Source: a virus. Taken from it: a stretch of 64,000 nt of DNA. A program made the position numbers and the translations under genes. The stretch is taken from IMG/VR virus record IMGVR_UViG_3300032288_005579; one strand, given 5' to 3'. How positions within the stretch are numbered: position 1 is the first letter of the stretch; each line of letters begins with the position of its first letter. The notes beneath the pieces are model-generated. The model was not told the origin of the DNA. It saw only the letters and a list, made by a program, of their open reading frames with translations, and searched no databases. Below, one piece after another: positions 1 to 9,941 of this stretch.

Positions 1-793
1 TCTCTTTGGATTGCAGCGTAAATTCGTTTCCGTTATCTATGAAATCGTAAACCGCAGAGTAGTTAACTCCGTTTTTAGTAGCATCTGTACCAACGTAAAA
101 ATCGTGACCTAATCCTCCGTTTGCAGCGCTCAGCGAAAGAGCAGCTGGATTCAGTATTATAAGTCCAATATCAGGAAGGAATAGTCCGTAAGATCCAGCT
201 ATTGTATAACCCTCTTCAAATTGTGTAGTATCTGCGGATCCGTTTGATCCCCAAACTATATCGAAAGCTCTACCGCAATTAAGATATGTTACAGTAGAAA
301 CGTCGTTCGAATTGTCGGTCAAGTTAAGGTATGTAGATCCGCTTCCAAGTGTCAACTTAAAAGTTCCAGGAAGCAAACTCTCCTTATATCTATTTCTGTC
401 TATCGGTATAGCTATTATCGATTCGGCCTCTGTAGAAGTTCCTCCAAAATTGAATCTTCCTCCAACAACGTTTCCATTGCCCTCAGAATCCCCGTACACT
501 AAGTTTCTGTATTGTCCGTAAGTTATTCTACTAGGACTATTACCAACCACTAAAGGATTTATAGGAGCAGATCCTGAACCAGCGTAGTGCCCGTAAGCTA
601 TAGAAAATTGTACTGCGGCAGCTGTGCTTGAGCACGGAGCGTTGTATACGTCTATGTAGAAACTACTCGTATTGTAGCATGTTGATCCTGTATAAAAAAC
701 AGTCAACGTGGGATTATTTGTACTCCACGCCGGCGCAGTTATTGCATCCGCGGATATTACAAAATCTTGGGGATCTAAGGCTTTATAAGACAT
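1..793 (-). CDS. Tail/baseplate-region structural protein, partial (runs off the window start; absent from the ORF track)
   Basis: ATG at 793-791, open for 264 codons to the window edge: MSYKALDPQDFVISADAITAPAWSTN...RNRYKESLLPGTFKLTLGSG...GSYGLFLPDIGLIILNP. Starts 11 nt after the stop of the 805-1461 gene, in the same operon. Confidence 0.75.
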   Translation of the reverse strand, partial: MSYKALDPQDFVISADAITAPAWSTNNPTLTVFYTGSTCYNTSSFYIDVYNAPCSSTAAAVQFSIAYGHYAGSGSAPINPLVVGNSPSRITYGQYRNLVYGDSEGNGNVVGGRFNFGGTSTEAESIIAIPIDRNRYKESLLPGTFKLTLGSGSTYLNLTDNSNDVSTVTYLNCGRAFDIVWGSNGSADTTQFEEGYTIAGSYGLFLPDIGLIILNPAALSLSAANGGLGHDFYVGTDATKNGVNYSAVYDFIDNGNEFTLQSKE

Positions 794-804
794 GTCTTGT
801 TATT

Positions 805-1461
805 TTATGCTGATTTTGTTATTGTCACAGGCACAGAAATTCTAGCGCCAGAATCCCTACCGGTGATGGTGATGGTTGTTTGAAGCTTAGTTTGACTACC
901 AAACAGTGTATTAATGGTTGTAGCACTCACATTGCAAGTTATGCCTATGACGGTCTGACTTACGTTTGTGCCTATGGTAGTGGTCGCGTTAGCATTTACT
1001 GCCGCGGGAGTGTTTATACCAATGCCTGTGAAAGTGGCCATAGTTCTAACGTCTCCGATGGTGAATGTGTATCCTGAAGGCTCTCCTTGAGAAGTCGTGC
1101 CAAGGTAGTTTAGTGTCGTAGGCGTTATAGAAGTGCTTTCTCCCTGTTTTAATTGGATGTTAGTGTTAGCTATACTTACAACAGGTAACTTAGCGGTCCC
1201 CCTGGGCAGGGTTACGAGCTTATATTTCATTATCTCGTTGTCGTCGGGATAAGCTTGAAGTATTGGCATGGCTTCGATAGCTTCTCCGTAAAAAGCAGAT
1301 CCCGATGGGTGATTAGGATTGTACAAAGTGTAATCGATCTCGTCATCACCCAAAGAAAACTGGGTGATTCTAAAGGATCCATCGTTTCTTGACAGCAGCT
1401 CTCTTCCCTTCTTTGTTAGGATTGCGTCTACTATTACGGATGTTGAATTTAAATATGGCAT
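805..1461 (-). CDS. Virion structural protein with a tail-collar/fibre-attachment-like N-terminus
   Basis: AILTKKGRELL...FRITQFSLGDDEIDY resembles the ILTxxG...ITxFAxGD start of phage tail-collar fibre proteins. Preceded by ATATTTAT; baseplate context. Confidence 0.55.
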   Translation of the reverse strand: MPYLNSTSVIVDAILTKKGRELLSRNDGSFRITQFSLGDDEIDYTLYNPNHPSGSAFYGEAIEAMPILQAYPDDNEIMKYKLVTLPRGTAKLPVVSIANTNIQLKQGESTSITPTTLNYLGTTSQGEPSGYTFTIGDVRTMATFTGIGINTPAAVNANATTTIGTNVSQTVIGITCNVSATTINTLFGSQTKLQTTITITGRDSGARISVPVTITKSA

Positions 1462-1485
1462 GATTTTCTTATTGTGTGTCTAAAT

Positions 1486-1493
1486 ATAAATAT
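1486..1493 (-). promoter_or_regulatory. Putative late promoter ATATTTAT
   Basis: ataaatat on + at 1486-1493 reads ATATTTAT on the coding strand, 24 nt upstream of the ATG at 1461. Confidence 0.6.
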
Positions 1494-1508
1494 ATTGCCG
1501 ATGTGAAT

Positions 1509-4500
1509 TTATGCTATGTTTGTAGTGGTCTGGATCAAATTTTGGGACTTTAAAGATTTTATAATGTTTCCGGATCTTAATTTTAGATCCTCAGATATGT
1601 ATTCTGGGTATAATAATCCCTCTTCTTTTATCGTGGGATCAGTTGGATCAAAATCCAAAACTATATTTGTCTCGTCTGGCTCGTGTCGCCAGATTATAAA
1701 GTTAGAAGAACTAAAGTTAGCTTTTGTGGTTGAATCAACCCCGTTGGAAGATATGGGTCCGTATAGCAATCCAAGCGGTATGTTTCTGTTGAAAGTTAGT
1801 ACTATTCTAGATTCTGCCTCGTTATAGCTACCTGTGAATTCCACGGTTTTTATGCAAAACTCGTTTTTCCTATTCCAACCCTCTGTACCAATTGACCCAG
1901 TATCTCTAAAACTTACGAAATCTCCGGGTTTCAATAGAAAAGGTTTCACCACTCTTTCCAATCCTGATCCAGTAAAGTATAGATCAGAAGAAGAGCTATA
2001 TATCACAGAATAATTCTTGTATATGTCCTCTGTTCCGTACGTATCTGTCAATTTTATGACAGCGGTTTGAGAGGCTGTATTATAGAATAATCCTGATTGA
2101 CTAGTGAAAACACTTTCAACATAAAATACACTGTAATTGCCAACAATTTCATCAGGATAGTTTTTTATGTTAGATACAAACGCCAATCCTTGATCTAAAG
2201 CTGATATTATGGGATCTGGAATTATGGGAGCCGTATCATATACATACTTAATTGAAGATGAGACCAACGTAGGACCTCCAGGAGTGAAGTATACTATCGT
2301 GGTTTCAGTACTTAGTCCGTCCAATCTTGGTACATTTATAATTAAAGAAGCGCTGTACCCACCGGGGAAAGTTCCCCCAGGATCGTATGACGCTGTTACG
2401 CCTACTGACGCTTCTATGAAACCCTCTGGATAGTTTATGGAGCTTATCACATTATAGTCAAACAAACTATAGTTAGTCAATTTCCATTGGGGATCTTGAG
2501 CACTGAATGCTTGAGATGATCCACTAGGTACTACAAAGTCTATGGGTTTTACAAGATCAAATTGAGCGCGTGTCAAGCTACCAGACAGATTATGATATAC
2601 CGGTATGTATCTGTATCCCCCATCAAATATCTTTAGACTGGGATTGTTTACTAATTTTTGGGTATAGGGATTCCTTTCATCGTATTGAAATAACGCTATA
2701 TCGGTACTTTGTTGGCTTTTAAATATATTTTGAACTTCGAAGATATTAGAGTTTGTCTTAGTTAAATCTATGATGTTCTCATTAGCGTCTATGAGATATT
2801 TTATCTGAGCATTTGATCTTTCTGGAAAGAAGACTGATGCCGTAAATATATCTACTAGATATACGAAATAGTTTGTAAGTTTATCTATCGCAGCTGTTCT
2901 TCCGTAAGATTTGTCGCCGTTTGTGTAATCGTTGTATTGTCGACTCACGGTTTTTGTACCATAATATCTTAAATCTGTAAAAGCCCTAGATGTGTAATTT
3001 GTGTCTTGAACTTCTGCGTATGGGTAATTTGGATTGCAGTATATTGGAGCGTTTTCGTAATTTCTTGAAGCTGATGCTATGGCAATGTATGAGGCCGTGA
3101 TTATATTCAAATTCACGGGTTTCTTTTGTCCGCTAGTATAATCAAGATTTAAAAATCTTCTAGATCTAGCCGAAGCTGTAACGTTGTGTAAAAGACCCCC
3201 GTAATTAACGTATATAGAACTTGAATACTCTCCTACAGCCGTATAGTTGGAAGAAAGTTCTTTTTGTTCCATGTATCCGTTTTCATCTACCGCCGAAATA
3301 CGAGATCCGCTGAATTCTCCGTTATAGAATTCCACTGATTGGGTAGAAATATAGTGTACGGATCCAGTAGGAGTTTTAAACTTATTAGCGATCCAAGATG
3401 AAGACATATGAGTATCGCTAGAATTTCCTCCTGATATCTTTACTAGAATGGATTTTGCAGATTTTAGATCTACGCTTAGACTAGGTTCATTTCTTGCGTA
3501 TTTGTTTCTCTCTAATACGTGACTCTTTATAACAATTCCGGATTGTACGTTTGCTCGAGCGGGAACAAAGTCTTTTATCGTCTTGAATAAAGAGTTGTTG
3601 TAGTATTTGATGAGTCTCATGTACTCCCAAACACTATGAGGATAATTATAAGAAGAGGAAAAATAAGTGTTTCTGTAGCTTTCTAAGTCTGGATAGTTAT
3701 CCAAGTATTGGTAATTTGGGTTACCTATGAGTTGATCTATGTCAACAAAGAGAGACGAAGATTGCAGATTTTTATTTATTGTGTTCGCTGGCGAGAAACC
3801 TACTTCTATGTCGTAAGATCCTCTTCTAAAGGAATCAAAATTGTTCTTTTGTATAGTCGTGTAAGGAGACAATACAGATTGCGATAACTCGTTAGCGTTG
3901 TTGTAGATAAGAACTTTGCTGTTGTTTATCTCAGAAAGTCCAGTTTGTCTATATCTAGGATACGCACCAAATTCTGAAGGTTCTAATATAGTGTCAGGTA
4001 TTCCGTAACATGCTATAAGTGCTCGTAAAGCGCGCTGAGATCCTTTAGATTTGTACAGCAGCGGTAAGTTGTGATATATCCTTTTATAGAGTTCTTTTTG
4101 TATATCGTTCGCAGACAGCGTATCTATACTTGACGTAACATAACCTCTATTTCCTAAAGCGTTTATCTCTATGAGTTCTGATCCGGTGGGAGGAAGGAGA
4201 CTTCCGTCTGGATTCATTCCAAATAGAGAGTAGTATAGATTATTAGATAGATTGGTGTTAGTATGAAGTTTGAAACCCAATCCCTTTAAAGCATTTCCAA
4301 CGAGATCCATTGATATACCGCTCTTTGGATTATTGGTTGCATCGAACCTATTTGTTACGTCTTTATAATAGAGCCAAATGTTATCGAAGTGTTGTCCTAA
4401 CATGTACATAAAAGATACCATTGGAGCGTTATTGGGATCTTCTATTAGATATTGCGGAGCCGTATTAGTAATTATATCGTTGTTATTCGAATCGTATAAA

Positions 4501-5753
4501 GACGCAGAAAATAACATCGATACAGCAAGAGGATTAGACGGGTTAGGTAGCGTATCGTCATCACCTAGCCAAGCAATGGCTTGAGAAGAAGTCGTTGCAA
4601 AAAGTTTATAGGGCTTTGTGCTAGTAGATTTAGGCCAAGCAAAGGATTCGGACTCGTAATATAGATAGTATTCGTAAGTATCGAATTTTTTTACTATGTT
4701 GTCTATTTTATCTTTAGCAGATTGAATCGATTGGCTTATGTAAGATACTGTTAAAGATTGATTAGAGTTTATCGTTTGGCTAGATGATATTTCGTTTTCA
4801 TATTGCTCTATTAGCTGTAATTTGTACACAAAGTTTTCCAATCTCTCTGTTGCACTTGAGAAGTGCACGAAGTTAGAAAAATCTGTGTAATCAACATTTA
4901 TAGCTACTGCTTTATCGTCATAGTAACTAGATAGTTGCTGTATCGATGAAGATACTTCACTAGAAAATAAGCTAGAATAGTTGTAGTATCCCGTAGTTTG
5001 TCCTATTTGATTACTAATCTCTACGTTAAAGTTGGGTCCTCTAAGTAGATTTTCGCTTACCGGAGCTACCTCGGCCTCTACGTCAATGTTAACGTTAAAT
5101 AAGACCGATTCAGCCAATTTTTCTACTATCCATAGAACGTCTTTTTGTTTGAATTCTACAGGTAGAGGTTCGTATAATTTTATTAGTAGATAAGTCTCTT
5201 GATTATCGTTTAATTGTTCTACAGCTGCGTTTGTGCAAAGTACGAGTTTATTTAAACCGAAGTTTAAGTAAAAATCAGATTGGTAATTTCTGTTTTGTGC
5301 ATTAGCATCAAACAACTGAAATTCTGAGAGTATTGTATTGTCAGATATGTCTTGGCTGGAGAGCCTTAATTCCGTTCTTGATTTTGATATGTCTTTAATC
5401 CAATACTTTGATCCTATCGCTGCGGATCCGAATAGATTTTTTATGAAATTATATTGTATTCTTAAACTTCCGCGATTGTATCCTAAAGATTCTAGATCTC
5501 TTTTTGGATTTACGGATATCGAAGAGTACGTTAAACCGTTTTGAGGAGCACCTACGGGTGTGTAAGTTCTACAATTATATTCGTAATCTAATAGAGTGTC
5601 TGAGTTATCATATATGCCAAACTCCACTACATCTCCTCCCAAAGAAGAAAATTTGCTGTCTATGAAATTTGAAACAATTAGATTTTCGTCCCGTTCTTTG
5701 TAGGATTGGTAATCTATAGTTGAATTGTCGACGAATATCCTTACTATTTCCAT
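1509..5753 (-). CDS. Large baseplate wedge protein (T4 gp7 / P2 gpI-like segment)
   Basis: 1414 aa. ELYKRIYHNLPLLYKSKGSQRALRALIACYGIP matches the KG(T/S)xxAL...G motif of gp7/gpI-type wedge proteins. Lies next to the gp6- and gp25-like genes. Confidence 0.6.
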   Translation of the reverse strand: MEIVRIFVDNSTIDYQSYKERDENLIVSNFIDSKFSSLGGDVVEFGIYDNSDTLLDYEYNCRTYTPVGAPQNGLTYSSISVNPKRDLESLGYNRGSLRIQYNFIKNLFGSAAIGSKYWIKDISKSRTELRLSSQDISDNTILSEFQLFDANAQNRNYQSDFYLNFGLNKLVLCTNAAVEQLNDNQETYLLIKLYEPLPVEFKQKDVLWIVEKLAESVLFNVNIDVEAEVAPVSENLLRGPNFNVEISNQIGQTTGYYNYSSLFSSEVSSSIQQLSSYYDDKAVAINVDYTDFSNFVHFSSATERLENFVYKLQLIEQYENEISSSQTINSNQSLTVSYISQSIQSAKDKIDNIVKKFDTYEYYLYYESESFAWPKSTSTKPYKLFATTSSQAIAWLGDDDTLPNPSNPLAVSMLFSASLYDSNNNDIITNTAPQYLIEDPNNAPMVSFMYMLGQHFDNIWLYYKDVTNRFDATNNPKSGISMDLVGNALKGLGFKLHTNTNLSNNLYYSLFGMNPDGSLLPPTGSELIEINALGNRGYVTSSIDTLSANDIQKELYKRIYHNLPLLYKSKGSQRALRALIACYGIPDTILEPSEFGAYPRYRQTGLSEINNSKVLIYNNANELSQSVLSPYTTIQKNNFDSFRRGSYDIEVGFSPANTINKNLQSSSLFVDIDQLIGNPNYQYLDNYPDLESYRNTYFSSSYNYPHSVWEYMRLIKYYNNSLFKTIKDFVPARANVQSGIVIKSHVLERNKYARNEPSLSVDLKSAKSILVKISGGNSSDTHMSSSWIANKFKTPTGSVHYISTQSVEFYNGEFSGSRISAVDENGYMEQKELSSNYTAVGEYSSSIYVNYGGLLHNVTASARSRRFLNLDYTSGQKKPVNLNIITASYIAIASASRNYENAPIYCNPNYPYAEVQDTNYTSRAFTDLRYYGTKTVSRQYNDYTNGDKSYGRTAAIDKLTNYFVYLVDIFTASVFFPERSNAQIKYLIDANENIIDLTKTNSNIFEVQNIFKSQQSTDIALFQYDERNPYTQKLVNNPSLKIFDGGYRYIPVYHNLSGSLTRAQFDLVKPIDFVVPSGSSQAFSAQDPQWKLTNYSLFDYNVISSINYPEGFIEASVGVTASYDPGGTFPGGYSASLIINVPRLDGLSTETTIVYFTPGGPTLVSSSIKYVYDTAPIIPDPIISALDQGLAFVSNIKNYPDEIVGNYSVFYVESVFTSQSGLFYNTASQTAVIKLTDTYGTEDIYKNYSVIYSSSSDLYFTGSGLERVVKPFLLKPGDFVSFRDTGSIGTEGWNRKNEFCIKTVEFTGSYNEAESRIVLTFNRNIPLGLLYGPISSNGVDSTTKANFSSSNFIIWRHEPDETNIVLDFDPTDPTIKEEGLLYPEYISEDLKLRSGNIIKSLKSQNLIQTTTNIA

Positions 5754-6103
5754 TAGAACGTTATTTTATTTAGTGTGGAGAATGTTTGTCCAAGGTCTAA
5801 AAGTTGTTGTTTAAGACTGTTGATTTCCTCTATGAGAGCCTGTTTTTCTGGATCATTTATAGATCCTCCAACAAATTCTTGACTTCTTTGTATCAAGTAT
5901 TGATGGGAATTTATTTCTCCGGAAGGAGGTATATCGAAAAATAATGTATCGTAATACTCAAAGAACTCTTCCACCGTTGGAGTCGTGTCAGCGGTTTCTG
6001 GTGGTGTTTCAGCTACCAATTCAGTAAACCTAGTATCAATTACTTTATTGTAGGTGGCTACTCCCCTAGTCTTCTTCAGCAATCGAATGTCTTTGTTATC
6101 CAT
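5753..6103 (-). CDS. Hypothetical protein in the baseplate operon
   Basis: 116-aa ORF whose ends overlap both neighbours by one base. Confidence 0.7.
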   Translation of the reverse strand: MDNKDIRLLKKTRGVATYNKVIDTRFTELVAETPPETADTTPTVEEFFEYYDTLFFDIPPSGEINSHQYLIQRSQEFVGGSINDPEKQALIEEINSLKQQLLDLGQTFSTLNKITF

Positions 6104-7203
6104 TAGTTAGATACTTTAAAGATTAGATTTTCATCAAAAGCAACTGTTTCCCCCGAACTAAACGTACTTCTAATTAAGACTTTGTAATATCTCTCTGGTT
6201 CTAAGCCACTAAAGTGTACGTTAAAATAGCTGCTAGTTCCATCACAACTTATTTTTGTGTAGCTTTCATCAAAATCTACAACAACTTCGTTTGTTTTAGA
6301 GTCGACTATACACCAGTAAGACTCTTCGGGAAGTCTTTTATTTGTCGTATATAGCGAAGAAGTAGTGAATACTCTAGCCGGATAAGTATCTCTACAGTTT
6401 ATTTTAAACTTGTATTGTTTGGTTTTAGCGCTAAATTTGTAAGAGTTGTTTGCCAAGCTAACTATTGAAGCTGCGGTTTGTGCCTCCTGTAAATTTCCAG
6501 ATACATATTGACTATCATCCCAACGTATTTCTAGTGTAGGAGGATAAATAGTGTGAGTATCTGTACTATAATAATTCAAAGCTATATAACTGCTTTGATT
6601 GTTTTCTATTACTGTTGGATGCTTTATTAAAAATCCATTGTTTGGTTGTGCATTGTTAAACCAAGACGTGACTATATCTGTTACATCGACATGGATGTCT
6701 TTGTTTGATTGATAATCGAAAGACTGTGTTGTGTATGTACCCGTCCATGATCCTCCGCCCGAAGTTAAATAGTAGGATGGATTAGCCCAGTTTGTGGTAT
6801 CGGAATACCAGGATTGCGTATTGTACCAGTTAACACCGTTCTTTGTTTCAGGAGAATCGTTAAATTTTCCGGTTCCCATTGCCCAAGACTGATCCACTTG
6901 TCTGATCTCAACGTCGTAATCTGTGTTCAGATTTTCGGCGTTAGCTACGTATAGGTTTAAATACGTTTTCCAGGATCCCGTTCTAAAGGTTTTTAATGTT
7001 TCTAGATCAGAGTCAGAGAATTTTACCAGCGTTCTACGGATATCGTCTATAGATATGGTGTCCACTGAAGGAGTTAGAGTGGCTCCTATGTTTTCAGAAT
7101 TTTTTACAGAGACTTCAAGAATCTCGTCCAATCCAGTGTTTTGTCTTGGAAATTTTGAATAGAGAGTTGAGTCCGCCTCCGCAAATATCTTGTATACTGC
7201 CAT
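6103..7203 (-). CDS. DNRLRE-like (carbohydrate-binding-type) domain baseplate protein
   Basis: DSTLYSKFPRQNTG...W.MGTG...DIHVDVTDIVTSWF...NNGFLIK...LEIRW follows the DNRLRE/disaggregatase-type pattern. Confidence 0.5.
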   Translation of the reverse strand: MAVYKIFAEADSTLYSKFPRQNTGLDEILEVSVKNSENIGATLTPSVDTISIDDIRRTLVKFSDSDLETLKTFRTGSWKTYLNLYVANAENLNTDYDVEIRQVDQSWAMGTGKFNDSPETKNGVNWYNTQSWYSDTTNWANPSYYLTSGGGSWTGTYTTQSFDYQSNKDIHVDVTDIVTSWFNNAQPNNGFLIKHPTVIENNQSSYIALNYYSTDTHTIYPPTLEIRWDDSQYVSGNLQEAQTAASIVSLANNSYKFSAKTKQYKFKINCRDTYPARVFTTSSLYTTNKRLPEESYWCIVDSKTNEVVVDFDESYTKISCDGTSSYFNVHFSGLEPERYYKVLIRSTFSSGETVAFDENLIFKVSN

Positions 7204-7214
7204 TTTTTTATCTT

Positions 7215-9071
7215 TTACAGTGTTACTATTCTACCGTTTATGTCCGTGTTTGGATACCTCAATTCGAATATAGAGGGATCCAGTGACGGATATACAACTC
7301 CATTTATAGTGGCACCAACTATATCGTAAGCGTATTTAGAATAGCCACTAGATTCTCCCGATTTGTTTACTATCTCAACTCTTTTTACCGTCTGTACTCC
7401 GTCTTGGGTATCCAACAAAGAGTACACATTCGAAAGTATTATAGGTTGATTCATTTCCCAATTATTGATGTTGAAATGATTCTTTAACGCTAATATGCAC
7501 TTAGATATAACGTCTTGAGAATTGTAACCGGGTCTCATAATGATATCAAAATTGCATCCGATGTTTATTATGTATCCGCTCTTTAATAGTAAACTATCTG
7601 TCATCATTCTGTAATCTGAAAGATAAGTTTGTAAATTAGTTAACAGAGACACACTGGGTGCTTCTAAATTTCCGTTAGAGTTTAGGGATAATACATACAT
7701 GCTCATATTAGATGGGTCTTTGTTTATCATGGTTCCCACATTGTAATTTGAGAACACAGAATCATCTTTAGACATGTATACTTTTGCCACTTTTCCGTAT
7801 TTTCCAGGCATTTCTAGCGCGCGTTCCATATAATCTTGCTGGGTAACTGCTCTCATTTGCGCGCTAAACGCGTTTCTTATGTTGATCCGCATCTCTTCGA
7901 CCGTATCCCCATCACCTCCTCCAGAGGCCGGGTCCTCGTTGCCAACCGCTAATGTATTTGAATACGCATTTCCAGGTCCGTTTAAACTATAGCTGCCAAT
8001 TACGGATAACTCTCCCGATTTTGCATTTGAAGCTGCTCCTCCTCCCACTAGATAAGTGACAGTTAAGGTTGTATTGTAAGGAGCTAAACCATATGTAGAG
8101 GTTGTTAAAAAGTTAGTTGGATCAAAAGCCGTATTGATAGTTGTTGATCCAGAGGTCAAACCCACTCCTACTGTCGATGGGTTGGGTAGTATTAAATCGT
8201 CTATAACAGAATTTACACCCGCTCCGAACTCCATTACTAAAGTTTCTTTACTGGTAAATCTAGTTGTAAATCGCCTATCCACTTTTACCTTTTGCATTAT
8301 ATATGGAACCTGATTGGCGTCTTGATACAGATCTGGATAGTTGACGGCCATGTTTCTTACTGGATTGTATATATAATCTTGAGCCAGATTCGGAACTTCG
8401 TACCATACGTTATTCGAAGAATCAGTCACGTTTACTATTGATACAATGTCTGAATCGGATATCGTTAAAGTCGTGAATCTTTGAGCTGATCCTAAAACAA
8501 AACTCTGAGTTTTTATTTCTCCTGATACCGCGGTTACTTCTTTTTTTAACAGATAGCTCTGTGGAGTTCCTGCTCCATTTATTTCGTATACTGATACTTC
8601 GGTTGGATCTAACGATGATGATAATGAAAAATCTATTTTATTAGGAATGTAGTAACTCACTGATCCGTTAGCGCCTGATTTTACTGTCATACCTGGTTTT
8701 ATTACCATACAGTAAGTAAAATCAGGATACTTTTGTCCGCCGAAAGTGATAGCGGGAATAACTTGGTAAACTTGAAGTTTTGCTACTGCGGCAGAGGTGA
8801 CCTTTGGGGTATATCCCATCATGTACGCAAGAGCATATAGATTATTCTTTTGCTTGGCGTATTGTACGAAAGTCTCTTGTATCTGGTTATCTAGGTAGAA
8901 CGAGAGCACATCACCAACGTAAGATGCCATGTCTATAAACATAGTACCGGGTGACGCTTGCGAAAAGTCCGTGTATACAGTTGGAAAATAGGCTTTAGCG
9001 TACTCTATTAAATCAGCTTTAAAAGTGCTAAAATCTTTGTTTAAATACTTTATGTCTATGTTGTTTTCCAT
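7215..9071 (-). CDS. Baseplate wedge subunit (T4 gp6 / baseplate J-like)
   Basis: DFSTFKADLIEYAKAYFP...YTDFSQASPGTMFIDMASYVGDVLSFYLD; GGGDGDTVEEMR...QMRAVTQQDY. Confidence 0.85.
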   Translation of the reverse strand: MENNIDIKYLNKDFSTFKADLIEYAKAYFPTVYTDFSQASPGTMFIDMASYVGDVLSFYLDNQIQETFVQYAKQKNNLYALAYMMGYTPKVTSAAVAKLQVYQVIPAITFGGQKYPDFTYCMVIKPGMTVKSGANGSVSYYIPNKIDFSLSSSLDPTEVSVYEINGAGTPQSYLLKKEVTAVSGEIKTQSFVLGSAQRFTTLTISDSDIVSIVNVTDSSNNVWYEVPNLAQDYIYNPVRNMAVNYPDLYQDANQVPYIMQKVKVDRRFTTRFTSKETLVMEFGAGVNSVIDDLILPNPSTVGVGLTSGSTTINTAFDPTNFLTTSTYGLAPYNTTLTVTYLVGGGAASNAKSGELSVIGSYSLNGPGNAYSNTLAVGNEDPASGGGDGDTVEEMRINIRNAFSAQMRAVTQQDYMERALEMPGKYGKVAKVYMSKDDSVFSNYNVGTMINKDPSNMSMYVLSLNSNGNLEAPSVSLLTNLQTYLSDYRMMTDSLLLKSGYIINIGCNFDIIMRPGYNSQDVISKCILALKNHFNINNWEMNQPIILSNVYSLLDTQDGVQTVKRVEIVNKSGESSGYSKYAYDIVGATINGVVYPSLDPSIFELRYPNTDINGRIVTL

Positions 9072-9072
9072 G

Positions 9073-9486
9073 TTAACGGTTTTCTATGCCTACGACTAAA
9101 TCGTCTGTTTCGTTAGAGTTTAATAACCTATATGCCAAATTTAAAGTTATGATATTTGAGTCTTCTTGGGGAGTTATATAGCACTCGATGACTTGAACTA
9201 TAGGAAATCTGTCGTCTATTTGAGCAGCTATTTGTTGTTCAAGATTTGAAAGATTATCCGGGCTTATGTTTTCAAATAATTGGGCTCGTAAATTAGCTCC
9301 AAAATTGGGATAAAACACTCTTTCCCTGTTATTGGTTAAGAGAAAGTTAATTATGTTATATCTTATTTGATCTTTTGTGGTATAAACGCTAGTGAAAGCA
9401 CTTGGATAAGAGAAGGGTATCTTCACTCCCAAAGCTACAGACCTTTTTAGGTCTACGGGTGCGATTCTTTTTGCGTTATATGCCAT
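9073..9486 (-). CDS. Baseplate protein, GPW/gp25 family
   Basis: QIRYNIINFLLTNNRERVFYPNFGANLRAQLFE matches the gp25 pattern. Adjacent to the gp6-like gene. Confidence 0.85.
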   Translation of the reverse strand: MAYNAKRIAPVDLKRSVALGVKIPFSYPSAFTSVYTTKDQIRYNIINFLLTNNRERVFYPNFGANLRAQLFENISPDNLSNLEQQIAAQIDDRFPIVQVIECYITPQEDSNIITLNLAYRLLNSNETDDLVVGIENR

Positions 9487-9496
9487 TTCACGGGTA

Positions 9497-9913
9497 TTAC
9501 TTGTTCATTAACTTTTTCATAATACCTGAGAAGTCCGGAACGTTTTCTATCTCCACCATTTCTAAATTACTGCTTTTTCTAGCTGTTCCTATCATGTCAC
9601 TAACAGAAGACACAACAGAAGGCTCCCTGGTCTCACCCATGTCTTCTGGAGTCATATTTTGTGCGGTCTCGTTCAGTAACATAGATAACGGATTATTACC
9701 GCTGAATTGCACGGGTGCAGCCCGGCGAGGTTCGTTTAGGGTTAGAGGAATTCCTCCAGTAACGCTCTTTTTAACCTGTTCCCGAATCTTATTTTTATAA
9801 TCGGGGTCTTTTTCGACGTGTTTATTTTCAGAAAGTAGTCTAGGCAGCTCTTCTCTTATGGCTGACCTGATCTCCTCTCTGATTAATTTTCTAAGTGCGT
9901 CTAATTTACTCAT
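9497..9913 (-). CDS. Hypothetical protein with IREE/LSE motifs
   Basis: 138 aa, N-terminus LRKLIREEIRSAIREELPRLLSE. Has its own ATATTTAT motif. Confidence 0.7.
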   Translation of the reverse strand: MSKLDALRKLIREEIRSAIREELPRLLSENKHVEKDPDYKNKIREQVKKSVTGGIPLTLNEPRRAAPVQFSGNNPLSMLLNETAQNMTPEDMGETREPSVVSSVSDMIGTARKSSNLEMVEIENVPDFSGIMKKLMNK

Positions 9914-9917
9914 ATTG

Positions 9918-9925
9918 ATAAATAT
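9918..9925 (-). promoter_or_regulatory. Putative late promoter ATATTTAT
   Basis: Coding strand reads ATATTTAT-caat-ATG. Confidence 0.6.
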
Positions 9926-9941
9926 GGCTTTTAGTTTTTTA

